A DNA stretch of 57,122 nucleotides. Source: Mycobacterium sp. GTDB taxonomy: Bacteria; Actinomycetota; Actinomycetes; Mycobacteriales; Mycobacteriaceae. The translations under genes and the position numbers were made by a program. A model generated the notes under the pieces. It was not told the DNA's origin, did no database searches, and saw nothing but the letters and a program-made list of their open reading frames with translations. The stretch covers positions 1 through 57,122 of the forward strand of contig DATKEW010000085.1 of NCBI GenBank assembly GCA_035511785.1, written 5' to 3'. Each line of letters opens with the position of its first letter. Position 1 is the stretch's first letter. This document shows, piece after piece, positions 8,566 through 19,179 of this stretch.

Positions 8566-9831
8566 CTACGGACTCTCCTGCCGGGCGTCGATGCGTTCTA
8601 GCCGACCTTCGGTATAGGAGGCGATCTGATCGACGATGGCCCGTAACCGGGCGCGTTCGTCGGCAGCTGTGGTGAACGCCGCGGCAAAGACCGGATCGAG
8701 CGTTCCGGGCGCCCCGGAGTACAGCCAGTTCGACACCCGGTGAATACGTTCGCGCTGCCGGGCCTGAGTTTCCAGATGCCGCGGGTCGGACATGATGAAC
8801 TGGAACGCCAGGATTTTCAGCAGAGCGACCTCGGCACGCACCAAGTCGGGCACCTGCAGATCGGCCTGATAGCGCACCAGCGGCCCCGGACCGGCGGCCG
8901 CACGCGTGGTTGCGATCGCGGCCGAGGCGAACCGTCCCACCAATTCGCTGGTCAACCGCTTGAGCGCGACCGACGAGGCCAGCGTGGCGTCGTACTTGCC
9001 GACCGCGGCAACCACAGGCAGCCGAGACAGCCGTCGCGCGGCGGCCATGAAGTCGTCGGCACTGACCCGCGAGAATTCGCTCTCCCCCAGCTTGGCCAGC
9101 GTGGCGGCCTCGTCGTCGTCGGCGAGCACGCGCAAGTCGATGCGTTGGGAAACGACGCCGTCCTCGACGTCGTGCACCGAATAAGCGATATCGTCGGCCC
9201 AGTCCATCACCTGCGCTTCCAGACACGTGCGGTCCGCCGGCGCGCCCGCGCGCACCCACTCCGCCGGCTCGAGGTCGTCGACGTAAAACCCGAACTTGCC
9301 CCGGCCGGAGCCCCGCGTCCACGGATACTTGGTGACCGCGTCCAGGGCCGCGCGAGTCAGGTTCAGCCCCAGGCTATAGCCTTGTGCATCAAGCACTTTG
9401 GGCTCAAGGCTGGTCAGGATTCGGAAATTCTGCGCATTGCCCTCGAAGCCGCCAACCGAGGCAGCGACCTCATCGAGGGCGTGCTCGCCGTTGTGCCCGT
9501 AGGGCGGGTGTCCGATGTCGTGGGCCAGACCGGCGAGCTCGACGAGATCGGGGTCGCAGCCCAGGCCGATGGCCATGCCACGGCCGATCTGCGCCACTTC
9601 CAGCGAGTGCGTGAGCCGGGTGCGCGGGGTGTCACCTTCACGGGGTCCGACGACCTGCGTCTTGTCGGCCAGCCGGCGCAGCGCGGCGCTGTGCAACACG
9701 CGGGCGCGGTCCCGCGCGAAGTCGGTGCGGTGCTGGCCTTCCGTGCCGGGCAGACCCGCAGTCTTCGGCGCTTCGGGTACCCGCCGCTGACGGTCGAAGT
9801 CGTCGTAGGGGTCTTGCTGATTCGTGGTCAC
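8566..9831 (-). CDS. dgt: dGTP triphosphohydrolase
   Basis: [20 protein letters not shown] and FEGNAQ; start reassigned to GTG 9831. Confidence 0.96.
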   Translation of the reverse strand: MTTNQQDPYDDFDRQRRVPEAPKTAGLPGTEGQHRTDFARDRARVLHSAALRRLADKTQVVGPREGDTPRTRLTHSLEVAQIGRGMAIGLGCDPDLVELAGLAHDIGHPPYGHNGEHALDEVAASVGGFEGNAQNFRILTSLEPKVLDAQGYSLGLNLTRAALDAVTKYPWTRGSGRGKFGFYVDDLEPAEWVRAGAPADRTCLEAQVMDWADDIAYSVHDVEDGVVSQRIDLRVLADDDEAATLAKLGESEFSRVSADDFMAAARRLSRLPVVAAVGKYDATLASSVALKRLTSELVGRFASAAIATTRAAAGPGPLVRYQADLQVPDLVRAEVALLKILAFQFIMSDPRHLETQARQRERIHRVSNWLYSGAPGTLDPVFAAAFTTAADERARLRAIVDQIASYTEGRLERIDARQESP

Positions 9832-9883
9832 CGACGCACAGTCTGCCAGGGAACGACGGGAGTGATCCGGGCTAAATTGGCTT

Positions 9884-11869
9884 ATGCGCATCGCTCGTCC
9901 GCTCGGCGTGATCCTGACGATCCTCACCGCGGGCCTGCTCCTGGCACCACCGGCCGGCGCGGAGCCGCCGTTCCGGCTGCCGGATTACGTCACCGACAAC
10001 GCGAACGTCCTGTCGGATTCCGGTCGCGCCGCGGCGACGTCGGCCATCGACAAGCTCTACGCCGATCGCCACATTCGGCTGTGGGTGGTCTACGTCGACG
10101 ACTTCTCCGGGCAGACCCCAGAGAACTGGGCACTACGCACCCGAACCGCCAGCGGCCTGGGCAACTACGACGCGCTGCTCGCGGTGGCCACCACCGGGCG
10201 GGCATATGCCTTCTTGGTGCCGTCCGCGATCAAGACCATCAACGCGAGTCAGGTCGACCAGCTGCGGCGCGGCCAGATCGAACCCGCGCTGCACGACCGC
10301 GACTGGAGCGGTGCGGCAGTCGCCGCGGCCAACGGGCTCGACACGACGCCCCGTTCGTCAAGTCGGGTATTAGTTCTGGTGGCGCTGGGCGTCATTGTCA
10401 TCGCGGTGGTGGTCCTGATCTTGGTCATGCGCTATCGCGCCCGGCGACGCCGCGGCGCCGCATTGGCCGCGGCGCGGCGAGTCGACCCGACCGACGTGAA
10501 TGCGTTGGCCGCCGTGCCGCTGGAGGCCCTCGACGACCTGTCACGCTCGATGGTGGTGGAGGTCGACAACGCGCTGCGCACCAGCTCCAACGAACTCGCG
10601 CTGGCGATCGATGAATTCGGCGAAGAGCGGACCGAACCGTTCACTCAGGCGGTGAACAACGCCAAAACGGCTCTATCCCAAGCGTTCACCGTGCGGCAAC
10701 AACTTGACGACGCCACACCCGAGACGCCGGCGCAGCGTCGCGAGCTGCTTACCCGGGTGATCGTGTCGGCGGCGCGCGCCGACCGCGAACTGGAGTCACA
10801 GACCGAGGCATTCGAGAAACTACGGGATTTGGTGATCAATGCCCCATCACGGCTGGACGCGCTGACCCAGCAGGTCGTCGAGCTCACCAGCCGCATCGAC
10901 CCGGCCGAAGAGCGGCTGGCCGAGCTGCACAACGAATTCGACCCTGCTGCATTGACTTCGGTGTCCGGCAATGTGACGACCGCCAAGGAACGGCTGACGT
11001 TCGCCGACCGCAACATCAGCTCTGCCCGTTCGCTGGCCGACCAGGCGGTGAGCGGAAAGCAAACCAGTTTGGTGGATGCTTACCGTGCGGCGGAGTCGGC
11101 GCTCGGTCAAGCCCGCGCGCTCCTCGATGCCGTCGACAGCGCGGCCGGTGACATCCGGCATGCCGTCGACAAGCTGCCGGCTGTGATGGCCGACATCCAA
11201 GCCGGCATCCAGCACGCCAACGATCAGCTGCAAAACCAGAACAGCAAGTCCACGCACAACGGCGAGCTGCTGGCAGCGCGCGACGCAGCTGCCAGGGCCG
11301 TTGACAGCGCCCACACCGGTGGCTCCACCGATCCGCTGGGCGCGTTCGCCCGGCTCGCCAAGGCCGATGCCGATCTGAACCGGCTATTGGCCACCCTGGC
11401 CAAGGAGCGGGCGAACGCCGAACGGCTCAACCGTTCACTCGAACAGGCTTTGTTCACTGCGGAGTCGCGAGTGCACGGCGTCTCCGAATACATCGACACC
11501 CGGCGCGGCAGCATCGGGCCCGAGGCCCGGACCCGGCTCGCCGAAGCCAAACGGCATCTGCAGGCCGCGCAAGACAAGAAGTCGTCCGATCCGACTGAGG
11601 CGATCGCCCACGCCAATGCGGCGTCGACGCTGGCCGCCACCGCGCAGTCTTTGGCTAATGCCGATGTGCAATCGGCGCAGCGTGCCTACACCCGCCGCAG
11701 GGGCGACGACACCGGCGCGTTGCTCGGCGGAATCATCATCGGCGACCTCCTCAGCGGAGGCCTGCGAGGCGGATTGGGCAGCTGGAGCCCCACGTCGTTC
11801 GGCGGTAGCTCGAGCTCGTCCGGCGGCTGGGCCGACGGCGGCTTCATGGGTGGCGGCGGCCGTTTCTAA
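9884..11869 (+). CDS. TPM-domain membrane protein with a coiled-coil region (Rv2345-like)
   Basis: Signal peptide, [12 protein letters not shown] start, one TM helix, long helical region and a Gly-rich GGGGRF end. Confidence 0.9.
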   Translation: MRIARPLGVILTILTAGLLLAPPAGAEPPFRLPDYVTDNANVLSDSGRAAATSAIDKLYADRHIRLWVVYVDDFSGQTPENWALRTRTASGLGNYDALLAVATTGRAYAFLVPSAIKTINASQVDQLRRGQIEPALHDRDWSGAAVAAANGLDTTPRSSSRVLVLVALGVIVIAVVVLILVMRYRARRRRGAALAAARRVDPTDVNALAAVPLEALDDLSRSMVVEVDNALRTSSNELALAIDEFGEERTEPFTQAVNNAKTALSQAFTVRQQLDDATPETPAQRRELLTRVIVSAARADRELESQTEAFEKLRDLVINAPSRLDALTQQVVELTSRIDPAEERLAELHNEFDPAALTSVSGNVTTAKERLTFADRNISSARSLADQAVSGKQTSLVDAYRAAESALGQARALLDAVDSAAGDIRHAVDKLPAVMADIQAGIQHANDQLQNQNSKSTHNGELLAARDAAARAVDSAHTGGSTDPLGAFARLAKADADLNRLLATLAKERANAERLNRSLEQALFTAESRVHGVSEYIDTRRGSIGPEARTRLAEAKRHLQAAQDKKSSDPTEAIAHANAASTLAATAQSLANADVQSAQRAYTRRRGDDTGALLGGIIIGDLLSGGLRGGLGSWSPTSFGGSSSSSGGWADGGFMGGGGRF

Positions 11870-11880
11870 GCCGCTCCTAT

Positions 11881-12165
11881 TCAGGCCCAGCTGGACCCGA
11901 CGGCGCTGTCGGTGCTGGCCATGTTGCTGCCAGCGGTCTGCACCTTCTGCCCGTGGGCGTTGGCCTGCTCGTAAATCACCTGGAAATTACGGCCCAAGTC
12001 GGTGATGAACTGCTGGCAGGCCACCGAACCGGAGCCGCCCCAAAAGTCACCGGCAGCAAGCACGTCACGCACGATGGCCTGGTGCTCGGCCTCCAGCGAG
12101 GCGGCCTGCGCGCGAATCAGCGCGCCATGGGCATCGACATCGCCGAACTGGTAATTGATGGTCAT
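11881..12165 (-). CDS. ESAT-6-like WXG100 protein (Mtb9.9/EsxN-like; EsxO position)
   Basis: MTINYQFGDVDAHGALIRAQ...FWGG...VGSSWA. Confidence 0.95.
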   Translation of the reverse strand: MTINYQFGDVDAHGALIRAQAASLEAEHQAIVRDVLAAGDFWGGSGSVACQQFITDLGRNFQVIYEQANAHGQKVQTAGSNMASTDSAVGSSWA

Positions 12166-12215
12166 AGTTCACGTCCACCTGAATCGAAAGTGTTGGGCAG
12201 CAGAAGTTTTCGCGG

Positions 12216-12512
12216 CTAGTGGCTGAGGATCTGCTGCGAGGCCTGCTCTTGGGTCTCGTAGTTGTTGGCGTCACGGATCAGCCCGTCACGCACCCCGTGC
12301 AGCATGCTCACGATGTTGTTGAACGCCTGATTCATCTGACCCATGGTGTCGTAGGAGGTCGCCTGGGCGGTTCCGCTCCAGCCGGCACCGGCGATGTTCT
12401 GCGAGGACGCCCACATCTTGCGGGCCTCATCCGACACCGTCTGGGCGTGCATCTCAAACCGGCCCGCCATGGCCCGCATCTGGTGCGGGTCGGTCATAAA
12501 ACGTGTTGCCAT
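12216..12512 (-). CDS. CFP-10-like WXG100 protein (QILSS family; EsxP position)
   Basis: [13 protein letters not shown], YxxxE secretion signal YETQE, and a QILSH end. Confidence 0.95.
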   Translation of the reverse strand: MATRFMTDPHQMRAMAGRFEMHAQTVSDEARKMWASSQNIAGAGWSGTAQATSYDTMGQMNQAFNNIVSMLHGVRDGLIRDANNYETQEQASQQILSH

Positions 12513-12580
12513 GCTGCCCGTCTCCTTCTTGGACTTGATCGGCTCAACTAGTCAGCCCGATTGGCCGTTGTCTTTCGGAG

Positions 12581-12889
12581 TCAACCGGCGGCCGGAGAAT
12601 GCGGTACCACGCCGGTGGTCCGCGGCACCTCGAAGCGGGGCTCTGCTTCGCCTTGCCACTCGCCCCATTCGCCCGTGCCTTCAGCGGGGGCCTCAGAATT
12701 CCGGCCCTCCGTCACCTCGTCATCGGCATCGGCGCCGTCTTCCGGTTTCGGCGCCCAATGGTCGTAGTCGTCCGGTGGAACGGCCACGCCCCAACTGAGC
12801 GGAACCGACAAGCTACCGAGCAGACCCGACTCACCCCGAATCGCCAACACCGCATCGTCTGGCAACGGGGAACCAAGAGGCAATAACAC
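12581..12889 (-). CDS. Rv2348c-like protein (stand-alone PPE-SVP C-terminal-like domain)
   Basis: GSLSVPLSW and VVPHSPAAG; AAGGAGG lies before GTG 12889. Confidence 0.8.
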   Translation of the reverse strand: MLLPLGSPLPDDAVLAIRGESGLLGSLSVPLSWGVAVPPDDYDHWAPKPEDGADADDEVTEGRNSEAPAEGTGEWGEWQGEAEPRFEVPRTTGVVPHSPAAG

Positions 12890-12960
12890 GATGCCTCCTT
12901 CCACACAAGCACTTCGCATCGTAAGTCACTCCCGGAGGTCAATCCGGGATTGACCGTCCC

Positions 12961-14166
12961 CTATCCGACCCCGGTCCGCGGAATCACGGTGGGCCGCGAC
13001 TGCACTACGTGCGGACTCGCTCCACCGCGTCCCATCATCTTGTTAGGCATGCCGTTGGCAGGCCCGCCCATACCCATGGGCATCGGCGTCATCGGCGTAC
13101 CGCCCGCAGGAACCACAGCGGCCTCGGCCATCGCAGCGCTCGGCAGTTCGCCACTCAGCCCGGACATCGCCGAAGTGGCCATGCGCGCGGGCACCGACCC
13201 CTGCCACGTCGGTGGGACCGATATCGCCCCCACCAACCGCGCCTTACCCACCCCCGCGCCAACCGACCCCAAACCAGCAGCGGCGCCGCCGAGCCCATTC
13301 ATCTGGGGCACGGTCGAATCGACGAACTTGGGGACATCGGCCAGCCCGGTGGCCGCGGAACTGGCCAGCCCCGCGCCGTTTGCGCCCTGCGCCAGGCTCA
13401 TCATCGGCGATATCAGCATGCTCGCCGGAGTCATCCCGAACTGAGCCACCGACACCAACGACGAGACCGGCGCCGTCGACAATGTCGTCGACAGCTGACT
13501 CACCGCACCGCTCAGGGCAGCGGGAATCCCCGCTATCGCAGTCTGTATTTGGCCGGCCAATCCCCCCAATCCCCCGACCGGCAGCAGACTCGTCAACGAG
13601 GACACGGTCGAGGACAGGACGTTCCCCAATCCCGCCAAGCTCACCGGCGGTGCGCTAAACGACGGCAGTGTCGAGGCCACCGACGTCGCCCCCGCGTGAT
13701 ACCCGACCATCGCGGCCACATCTTGCGCCCACATCTCCAGATACTCGAGCTCTTTCATCGCGATCGCCGGCGTGTTTTGGCCCAAGAAGTTCGTCGCTAT
13801 CAATGTCATCAGCGTCACGCGATTGGCCGTCACCGCCGCCGGAAGCACCGTCGCCGCCTGCGCTGTCTCAAACGCCGTCGCCGCCGCCCGGGCCTGAGCG
13901 GCCGCAGCCTCGGCTTGCCCCGCCGCGGCGTTCAGCCATGCCACATACGGCGCCGCCGCCGCCGCCATCGACAGCGACGCCGGACCCGTCCACAAACCGC
14001 TGGTCAACCCGGAAATGATCGAGTCAAACGACGACGCTGCGCCCGATAGATCCGAGGCCAACGCGTCCCAGGCCGACGCCGCCGCGATCAACGGCCCCGG
14101 ACCCGCACCAGCAAACATCAACGCCGAGTTGATCTCCGGAGGCAACCAGGGAAAAGCCGGAATCAT
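12961..14166 (-). CDS. PPE family protein, SVP subfamily (PPE38/PPE71-like)
   Basis: [37 protein letters not shown] and the C-terminus [17 protein letters not shown]. Confidence 0.92.
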   Translation of the reverse strand: MIPAFPWLPPEINSALMFAGAGPGPLIAAASAWDALASDLSGAASSFDSIISGLTSGLWTGPASLSMAAAAAPYVAWLNAAAGQAEAAAAQARAAATAFETAQAATVLPAAVTANRVTLMTLIATNFLGQNTPAIAMKELEYLEMWAQDVAAMVGYHAGATSVASTLPSFSAPPVSLAGLGNVLSSTVSSLTSLLPVGGLGGLAGQIQTAIAGIPAALSGAVSQLSTTLSTAPVSSLVSVAQFGMTPASMLISPMMSLAQGANGAGLASSAATGLADVPKFVDSTVPQMNGLGGAAAGLGSVGAGVGKARLVGAISVPPTWQGSVPARMATSAMSGLSGELPSAAMAEAAVVPAGGTPMTPMPMGMGGPANGMPNKMMGRGGASPHVVQSRPTVIPRTGVG

Positions 14167-14455
14167 CACAACCTCAACACATCGGCCGCCTCGACGGCTC
14201 TCGCCCACATAGCCCGACACCCACCCGCGGTGAGTGACATGTGACACCCACCACAGCTGATCGTAGGGCAAACCGACGCCAAAAGACCCGGGCTTTGGCA
14301 AATTGCCCGGGCGACCCGTGAGAAACCTGACTAAATAGGCCAGCTTTTCCCGGGGCGTGGCACACCGGAGTCGACGATTCGGCTTTGCTCGCGGGCCCTG
14401 GTGCGGGAGGCGGCGGCAGGCATCCGGCGGCGAGAGCCAGCGGTATGAGTGCCGA

Positions 14456-15847
14456 CTAGCTGCCCTTGAGCCGCACCGCCAGGTAATCGGCAACGGCGTC
14501 CATCGCAATCCGCTCCTGCGTCATGTCGTCACGCGCACGCACGGTGACGGCGTTGTCCTCGAGTGAGTCGAAATCCACCGTCACGCAGAAAGGCGTACCG
14601 ACCTCGTCCTGGCGCCGGTAACGCCGCCCGATGGCGCCGGCGTCGTCGAAATCGATGTTCCAGCTTTTCCGCAATTCAGCGGCCAAGTCACGCGCCTTGG
14701 GGCTCAAGTCGGCGTGCCGCGACAGCGGCAGCACCGCGGCCTTGACCGGCGCCAGCCGCGGGTCCAGTCGAAGCACCGTCCGCTTGTCCATCCCGCCTTT
14801 GGCATTCGGGGCTTCGTCCTCGGTGTAGGAGTCAATCAAAAACGCCATGAACGAACGAGTCAGGCCGGCTGCCGGTTCGATGACATACGGCGTGTACCGG
14901 GTGTCGGTGACCTGGTCGTAGAAAGACAGATCGGCGCCGGAATGTTTTGCGTGCGTTGCTAAGTCGAAGTCGGTTCGGTTGGCCACGCCTTCTAGCTCGC
15001 CCCACGGATTGCCCACAAATCCGAACTTGTACTCGATGTCGACGGTGCGATCGGAGTAATGCGACAACTTGTCTTTGGGGTGCTCCCACAATCGCAGATT
15101 CTCCGGATCGATACCGAGGTCGACATACCACTGCAGCCGGGTGTCGATCCAATATTGATGCCAGTCCTTCGCGGTCGACGGCTCGACGAAGAACTCCATC
15201 TCCATCTGCTCGAACTCGCGGGTTCGGAAGATGAAGTTGCCCGGGGTGATCTCGTTGCGGAAACTCTTACCGATTTGACCGATACCGAACGGCGGCCTGC
15301 GCCTGGCGGTCGTCACCACGTTGGCAAAGTTGATGAAGATGCCCTGGGCGGTCTCGGGACGCAGATAGTGCAGCCCCTCTTCGGTCTCGATGGGCCCGAG
15401 ATAGGTCTTGAGCATCATGTTGAACTCGCGCGGCTCGGTCCACTGGCCGGGCTCGCCAGTGTCCGGGTCGCGGATGTCGGCCAGCCCGTTGGGTGGCGGA
15501 TGCCCGTGCTTGGCTTCGTAGGCCTCGATGAGATGGTCGGCACGGTAGCGCTTGTGGGTGATCAAAGACTCGACCAACGGGTCGTGGAACACCTCGACGT
15601 GGCCGGAGGCCACCCACACCTGCCGCGGCAGGATGATCGACGAATCGATTCCCACGACGTCGTCGCGGCCGGTGACCACCGAGCGCCACCACTGGCGTTT
15701 GATGTTCTCCTTGAGTTCGGTGCCCAGCGGGCCGTAATCCCAGGCCGATTTTGTGCCACCGTAGATCTCGCCCGAGGGGTAGACGAAGCCCCGCCGTTTG
15801 GCCAGGTTGACTACGGTGTCGATAACGGACGCCACGGGGCAGTGCAC
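14456..15847 (-). CDS. glyS: Glycine--tRNA ligase (alpha2 type)
   Basis: [23 protein letters not shown] and an anticodon-binding domain; start at GTG 15847. Confidence 0.97.
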   Translation of the reverse strand: MHCPVASVIDTVVNLAKRRGFVYPSGEIYGGTKSAWDYGPLGTELKENIKRQWWRSVVTGRDDVVGIDSSIILPRQVWVASGHVEVFHDPLVESLITHKRYRADHLIEAYEAKHGHPPPNGLADIRDPDTGEPGQWTEPREFNMMLKTYLGPIETEEGLHYLRPETAQGIFINFANVVTTARRRPPFGIGQIGKSFRNEITPGNFIFRTREFEQMEMEFFVEPSTAKDWHQYWIDTRLQWYVDLGIDPENLRLWEHPKDKLSHYSDRTVDIEYKFGFVGNPWGELEGVANRTDFDLATHAKHSGADLSFYDQVTDTRYTPYVIEPAAGLTRSFMAFLIDSYTEDEAPNAKGGMDKRTVLRLDPRLAPVKAAVLPLSRHADLSPKARDLAAELRKSWNIDFDDAGAIGRRYRRQDEVGTPFCVTVDFDSLEDNAVTVRARDDMTQERIAMDAVADYLAVRLKGS

Positions 15848-15933
15848 TCCCTTTCCGGGTCGGGCCGGACACGTGCGGCGACGAACCGCCGTGTGCAAAA
15901 CATCAGCCATGGTATCGACCAGCGCCGCGGTCT

Positions 15934-15960
15934 TTGACATGCGTCATCATGCATGTGACA
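15934..15960. promoter_or_regulatory. Probable SmtB operator overlapping the smtB-zur promoter
   Basis: TTGACATGCGTCATCATGCATGTGACA contains a TTGACA -35 and an ACATGC/GCATGT inverted repeat, upstream of the ArsR gene. Confidence 0.65.
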
Positions 15961-16034
15961 GTGGAAGAAGCCGATCGCCGTTCCAACGGCAGGCGCATTA
16001 TCGACCCGGCACTTCTCGAGGTGATGACTCTCCC

Positions 16035-16463
16035 ATGGTGATGTCCTCCTCAACGCCGACGGCGGCCGGCGGCTCGCCATCGACTGCGTCCTCGGATCTC
16101 AGCGCGGTTGCCCGCGAGCACGGCGGGGCGGGGTCCGGGGCACACTCCGAATTCGCGGAATACCCCGTGCCGCCGCCCCGGCAGATTCTCGACGCCGCCG
16201 GCGAGCTGCTGCGAGCGCTGGCCGCGCCCGTGCGGATCGCCATCGTGCTGCAATTGCGCGAATCCCACCGCTGCGTTCATGAACTGGTCGACGCACTGGG
16301 CGTGCCGCAGCCGCTGGTCAGCCAGCATCTGAAAATTCTCAAAGCGGCGGGTGTGGTCGCCGGGGAGCGATCCGGCCGCGAAGTGCTTTACCGGCTTGCC
16401 GACCATCACCTCGCGCACATCGTCGTCGACGCCGTCGCGCACGCGAGCGAGGACACACCGTGA
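16035..16463 (+). CDS. smtB: ArsR/SmtB-family zinc-sensing repressor
   Basis: LRALAAPVRIAI, VSQHLKILK and the alpha5 site DHHLAHIVVDAVAHASE. Confidence 0.93.
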   Translation: MVMSSSTPTAAGGSPSTASSDLSAVAREHGGAGSGAHSEFAEYPVPPPRQILDAAGELLRALAAPVRIAIVLQLRESHRCVHELVDALGVPQPLVSQHLKILKAAGVVAGERSGREVLYRLADHHLAHIVVDAVAHASEDTP

Positions 16464-16513
16464 CCCGCGCCGGCGACGACACAGAGCGAAGCGATGAGGA
16501 GCGGCGCTCATGA
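16460..16513 (+). repeat. MIRU-type interspersed repeat unit encoding a 17-aa coupling mini-ORF
   Basis: GTGACCCGCGCCGGCGACGACACAGAGCGAAGCGATGAGGAGCGGCGCTCATGA. GTGA overlaps the smtB stop and ATGA overlaps the zur start. Confidence 0.85.
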
Positions 16514-16902
16514 CTGGTGCCAGTGTCCGGTCAACCCGCCAGCGGGCGGCGATTTCCACGCTGTTGGAGACGCTTGACGAGTTCCGCTCGGCCCAGGAAC
16601 TGCACGACGAGCTACGCCGCCGCGGCGAGAACATCGGGCTGACCACCGTCTACCGGACGCTGCAGTCGATGGCAGCGGCGGGAATGGTCGACACGCTGCG
16701 CACCGACACCGGGGAGTCGGTCTACCGCAGATGCTCGCAGCACCATCACCACCATTTGGTGTGCCGCAGCTGTGGTTCCACGATCGAGGTGGGCGACCAC
16801 GAGGTCGAGCAGTGGGCGGCGCAAGTGGCCGCCAAACACGGCTTCTCCGACGTCAGCCACACCATCGAGATCTTCGGTACTTGCGCAGAATGCGGTTCCT
16901 GA
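16510..16902 (+). CDS. zur: Zinc uptake regulator (FurB)
   Basis: TTVYRTL, HHHHHLVCRSCG and C-terminal CAEC. Confidence 0.96.
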   Translation: MTGASVRSTRQRAAISTLLETLDEFRSAQELHDELRRRGENIGLTTVYRTLQSMAAAGMVDTLRTDTGESVYRRCSQHHHHHLVCRSCGSTIEVGDHEVEQWAAQVAAKHGFSDVSHTIEIFGTCAECGS

Positions 16903-16921
16903 CGACGGCGTCGACGCGGCA

Positions 16922-16980
16922 CCGAAATCGACGGTGCCGAGACGTTCTCTCGAACTTTTTCACGCTGCCGTCGATTTCGG
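16922..16980. repeat. REP-like inverted repeat / possible bidirectional terminator
   Basis: CCGAAATCGACGG (16922-16934) and CCGTCGATTTCGG (16968-16980) form a perfect 13-bp IR between convergent genes. Confidence 0.75.
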
Positions 16981-16982
16981 AG

Positions 16983-17411
16983 TCAACCAATGAGCGCGCG
17001 GCGTATCTGGGCGCCGGTGTCCAGGACCAGCAAGATCAGCGTTCGCAAGGCGTCGTCGGCTAAGCCCGCGCCGGGAAAGTTGTATCGCAGCATCACATCC
17101 GCGGTTTTCGCCGCACCCTTGCCGGAGTTGCGCTGGACCGCCTTCTCAATGACCTTCTCGACCAGGGTCACGTTGCCGAAGTTGCTGTCGCGCGCATGCT
17201 TACCCACCTGATCGCTGACCTTCTTGGTCAGCGGCAGATCCCATGCCAATATCTGGGTGAGCGACACCAGGTCGAGGCCCTCGGCGATGTTCACCACCCG
17301 CAACGACGCGAATGTGCCGCCGTGGTGAACCGTTAGTGCGCCGTCGGGCTCGTCCAGGACGGGCAGCACGTCGCGGAGAATCGATCCCAGGCGCTCCTGC
17401 AATGATGGCAC
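16983..17411 (-). CDS. Conserved hypothetical protein (Rv2360c-like)
   Basis: Syntenic downstream of uppS; GTG 17411 abuts the uppS stop; LVSLTQILAWDLP. Confidence 0.8.
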   Translation of the reverse strand: MPSLQERLGSILRDVLPVLDEPDGALTVHHGGTFASLRVVNIAEGLDLVSLTQILAWDLPLTKKVSDQVGKHARDSNFGNVTLVEKVIEKAVQRNSGKGAAKTADVMLRYNFPGAGLADDALRTLILLVLDTGAQIRRALIG

Positions 17412-18337
17412 TAGGCGCTCCCGAACCTTCGATTGCGCGACGCGTATTCCTCGCAGGCCGCCCACAGGTCGCGCCGGTCGTAGTCGGGCCACAGCGTGTC
17501 CTGAAAGATGTACTCGGCATAGGCCGCCTGCCACAACATGAAGTTGCTGGAGCGCTGCTCCCCCGACGTCCGCAGCAAGAGGTCCACGTCGGGGATGTCG
17601 GGCCGTTGCAGGTGATGGGCGATAGTCGACTCGGTGATCCGCTCCGGATTCAGCCTGCCTGCCTCTACCAAGCGAGCGATATCCCTTGTGGCTTCTGCGA
17701 TTTCGGTGCGGCCACCGTAGTTCACACAGTAATTGACGGTGATCACATCGTTGTCCGCCGTCATCGCCTCCGCGATCGCCAATTCATTGATCACGCTGCG
17801 CCACAGGCGTGGCCGTGAACCCACCCATCGAATGTTGACGCCGATAGCCTTGAGGTTCTCGCGGCGCCGTCGCACCACATCGCGGTTGAACCCCATCAGG
17901 AAACGGACTTCCTCGGGGGAACGCTTCCAGTTTTCGGTGGAGAAAGCATAGAGACTGAGCCACTTGATGCCGAGTTCGATTGCACCACAGACGATGTCGA
18001 TCACCACCGCCTCGCCCATCTTGTGGCCTTCGATGCGCGCCAGTCCGCGTTGGGTGGCCCAGCGGCCATTGCCGTCCATCACGATGGCGACGTGATTGGG
18101 CAATCGGTCGGCCGGAATCGGCGGCGCAGCCGCCTTCGAAATGTGCTGCGGTGGCCGGCACGGGCCACCATCGGCAGACGGCGGCAGCTCCGGGAAGACG
18201 ACCGGCCATGTCGACTTGTCGGGAAAGGTCGGATAGTCGTCGGGTGCGGGGGGCAGCTGCGGGAAGTCGGTGGACTTCAGTGTGCGCTCGGCCTTTCGCC
18301 CGGACCCGATGATCCGGTTCTTAACCACAGGCCTCAT
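17411..18337 (-). CDS. uppS: Decaprenyl diphosphate synthase (cis-prenyltransferase)
   Basis: [21 protein letters not shown] and [11 protein letters not shown]; the exact start is uncertain by a few codons. Confidence 0.95.
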   Translation of the reverse strand: MRPVVKNRIIGSGRKAERTLKSTDFPQLPPAPDDYPTFPDKSTWPVVFPELPPSADGGPCRPPQHISKAAAPPIPADRLPNHVAIVMDGNGRWATQRGLARIEGHKMGEAVVIDIVCGAIELGIKWLSLYAFSTENWKRSPEEVRFLMGFNRDVVRRRRENLKAIGVNIRWVGSRPRLWRSVINELAIAEAMTADNDVITVNYCVNYGGRTEIAEATRDIARLVEAGRLNPERITESTIAHHLQRPDIPDVDLLLRTSGEQRSSNFMLWQAAYAEYIFQDTLWPDYDRRDLWAACEEYASRNRRFGSA

Positions 18338-19118
18338 CCTGCCCGATCAGCGCTGCGCGCCGTTCGGCGATCTGCCTGTCGACCTGATAGGTGCGCTCCA
18401 CCAGCGGCAACGTCTTGAGCTGTCGTTCCAAATGCCATTGCAGGTGTGCGGCCACCAATCCGCTGGCATAGCTTCGGTGGGATTGCGGCGCCGCCTCGGC
18501 GGTCTCCCAATCGCCGTCGTGCAGTGCGGACATCAGGTCCAACACGCCCAGCGGCGGTGTGGGGGAACCGGCCGGGCGGCACTGCGCGCAAACGCTGCCC
18601 CCAGCGGCGACGTGAAATGCCCGATGCGGACCGGGCGTGGCGCAACGAGCGCACTCGGTGAGCGCCGGCGCCCATCCGGCGATGCCCATGGCACGCAGCA
18701 GATAGGCGTCCAATAGCAGGTCACGGGGCCGGTGTCCGTCGGCCACCGCCCGCAGCGCGCTCACCGTAAGCCGGTGCAGCGCCGGGGCGGGTGCCCGCTC
18801 CTCACCGGCGAGGCGTTCGGCGGTTTCCAGCATCGCGCACCCGCAGGTGTATCGGCCGTAGTCGCTGACGATGTCGGTGGCGAACGCGTCGATGGAAACG
18901 ACCTGGGTGACGATGTCGAGGTTGCGTCCGGGGTGCAGTTGCGCGTCGATGTGCGCGAACGGCTCCAGCCGCGCACCGAATTTGCTGCGGGTGCGCCGAA
19001 CACCCTTGGCCACCGCGCGAACCAGCCCGTGATCGCGGGTCAATAGGGTCACGATCCGGTCGGCTTCGCCGAGCTTGTGCTGGCGCAGCACAACAGCCCG
19101 GTCTCGATACAGCCGCAT
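18321..19118 (-). CDS. recO: DNA repair protein RecO
   Basis: [23 protein letters not shown] and a CxxC...CxxC zinc finger. Confidence 0.96.
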   Translation of the reverse strand: MRLYRDRAVVLRQHKLGEADRIVTLLTRDHGLVRAVAKGVRRTRSKFGARLEPFAHIDAQLHPGRNLDIVTQVVSIDAFATDIVSDYGRYTCGCAMLETAERLAGEERAPAPALHRLTVSALRAVADGHRPRDLLLDAYLLRAMGIAGWAPALTECARCATPGPHRAFHVAAGGSVCAQCRPAGSPTPPLGVLDLMSALHDGDWETAEAAPQSHRSYASGLVAAHLQWHLERQLKTLPLVERTYQVDRQIAERRAALIGQDEACG

Positions 19119-19179
19119 CACAATAGTTTTGCACCCCGCCGCGACATTGCGGGTATCCGCGCCGTTAGTCTCGTACCCC

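Noticed and set aside
8740-10614. 624-aa plus-strand ORF
   Set aside because: It is an antisense/alternate-frame shadow of dgt and the TPM gene, with Arg/Gly-rich composition typical of high-GC DNA.
14287-14311. CCCGGGC/GCCCGGG hairpin between glyS and the PPE gene
   Set aside because: It is a short GC-only stem that is plausible by chance; no function can be assigned.
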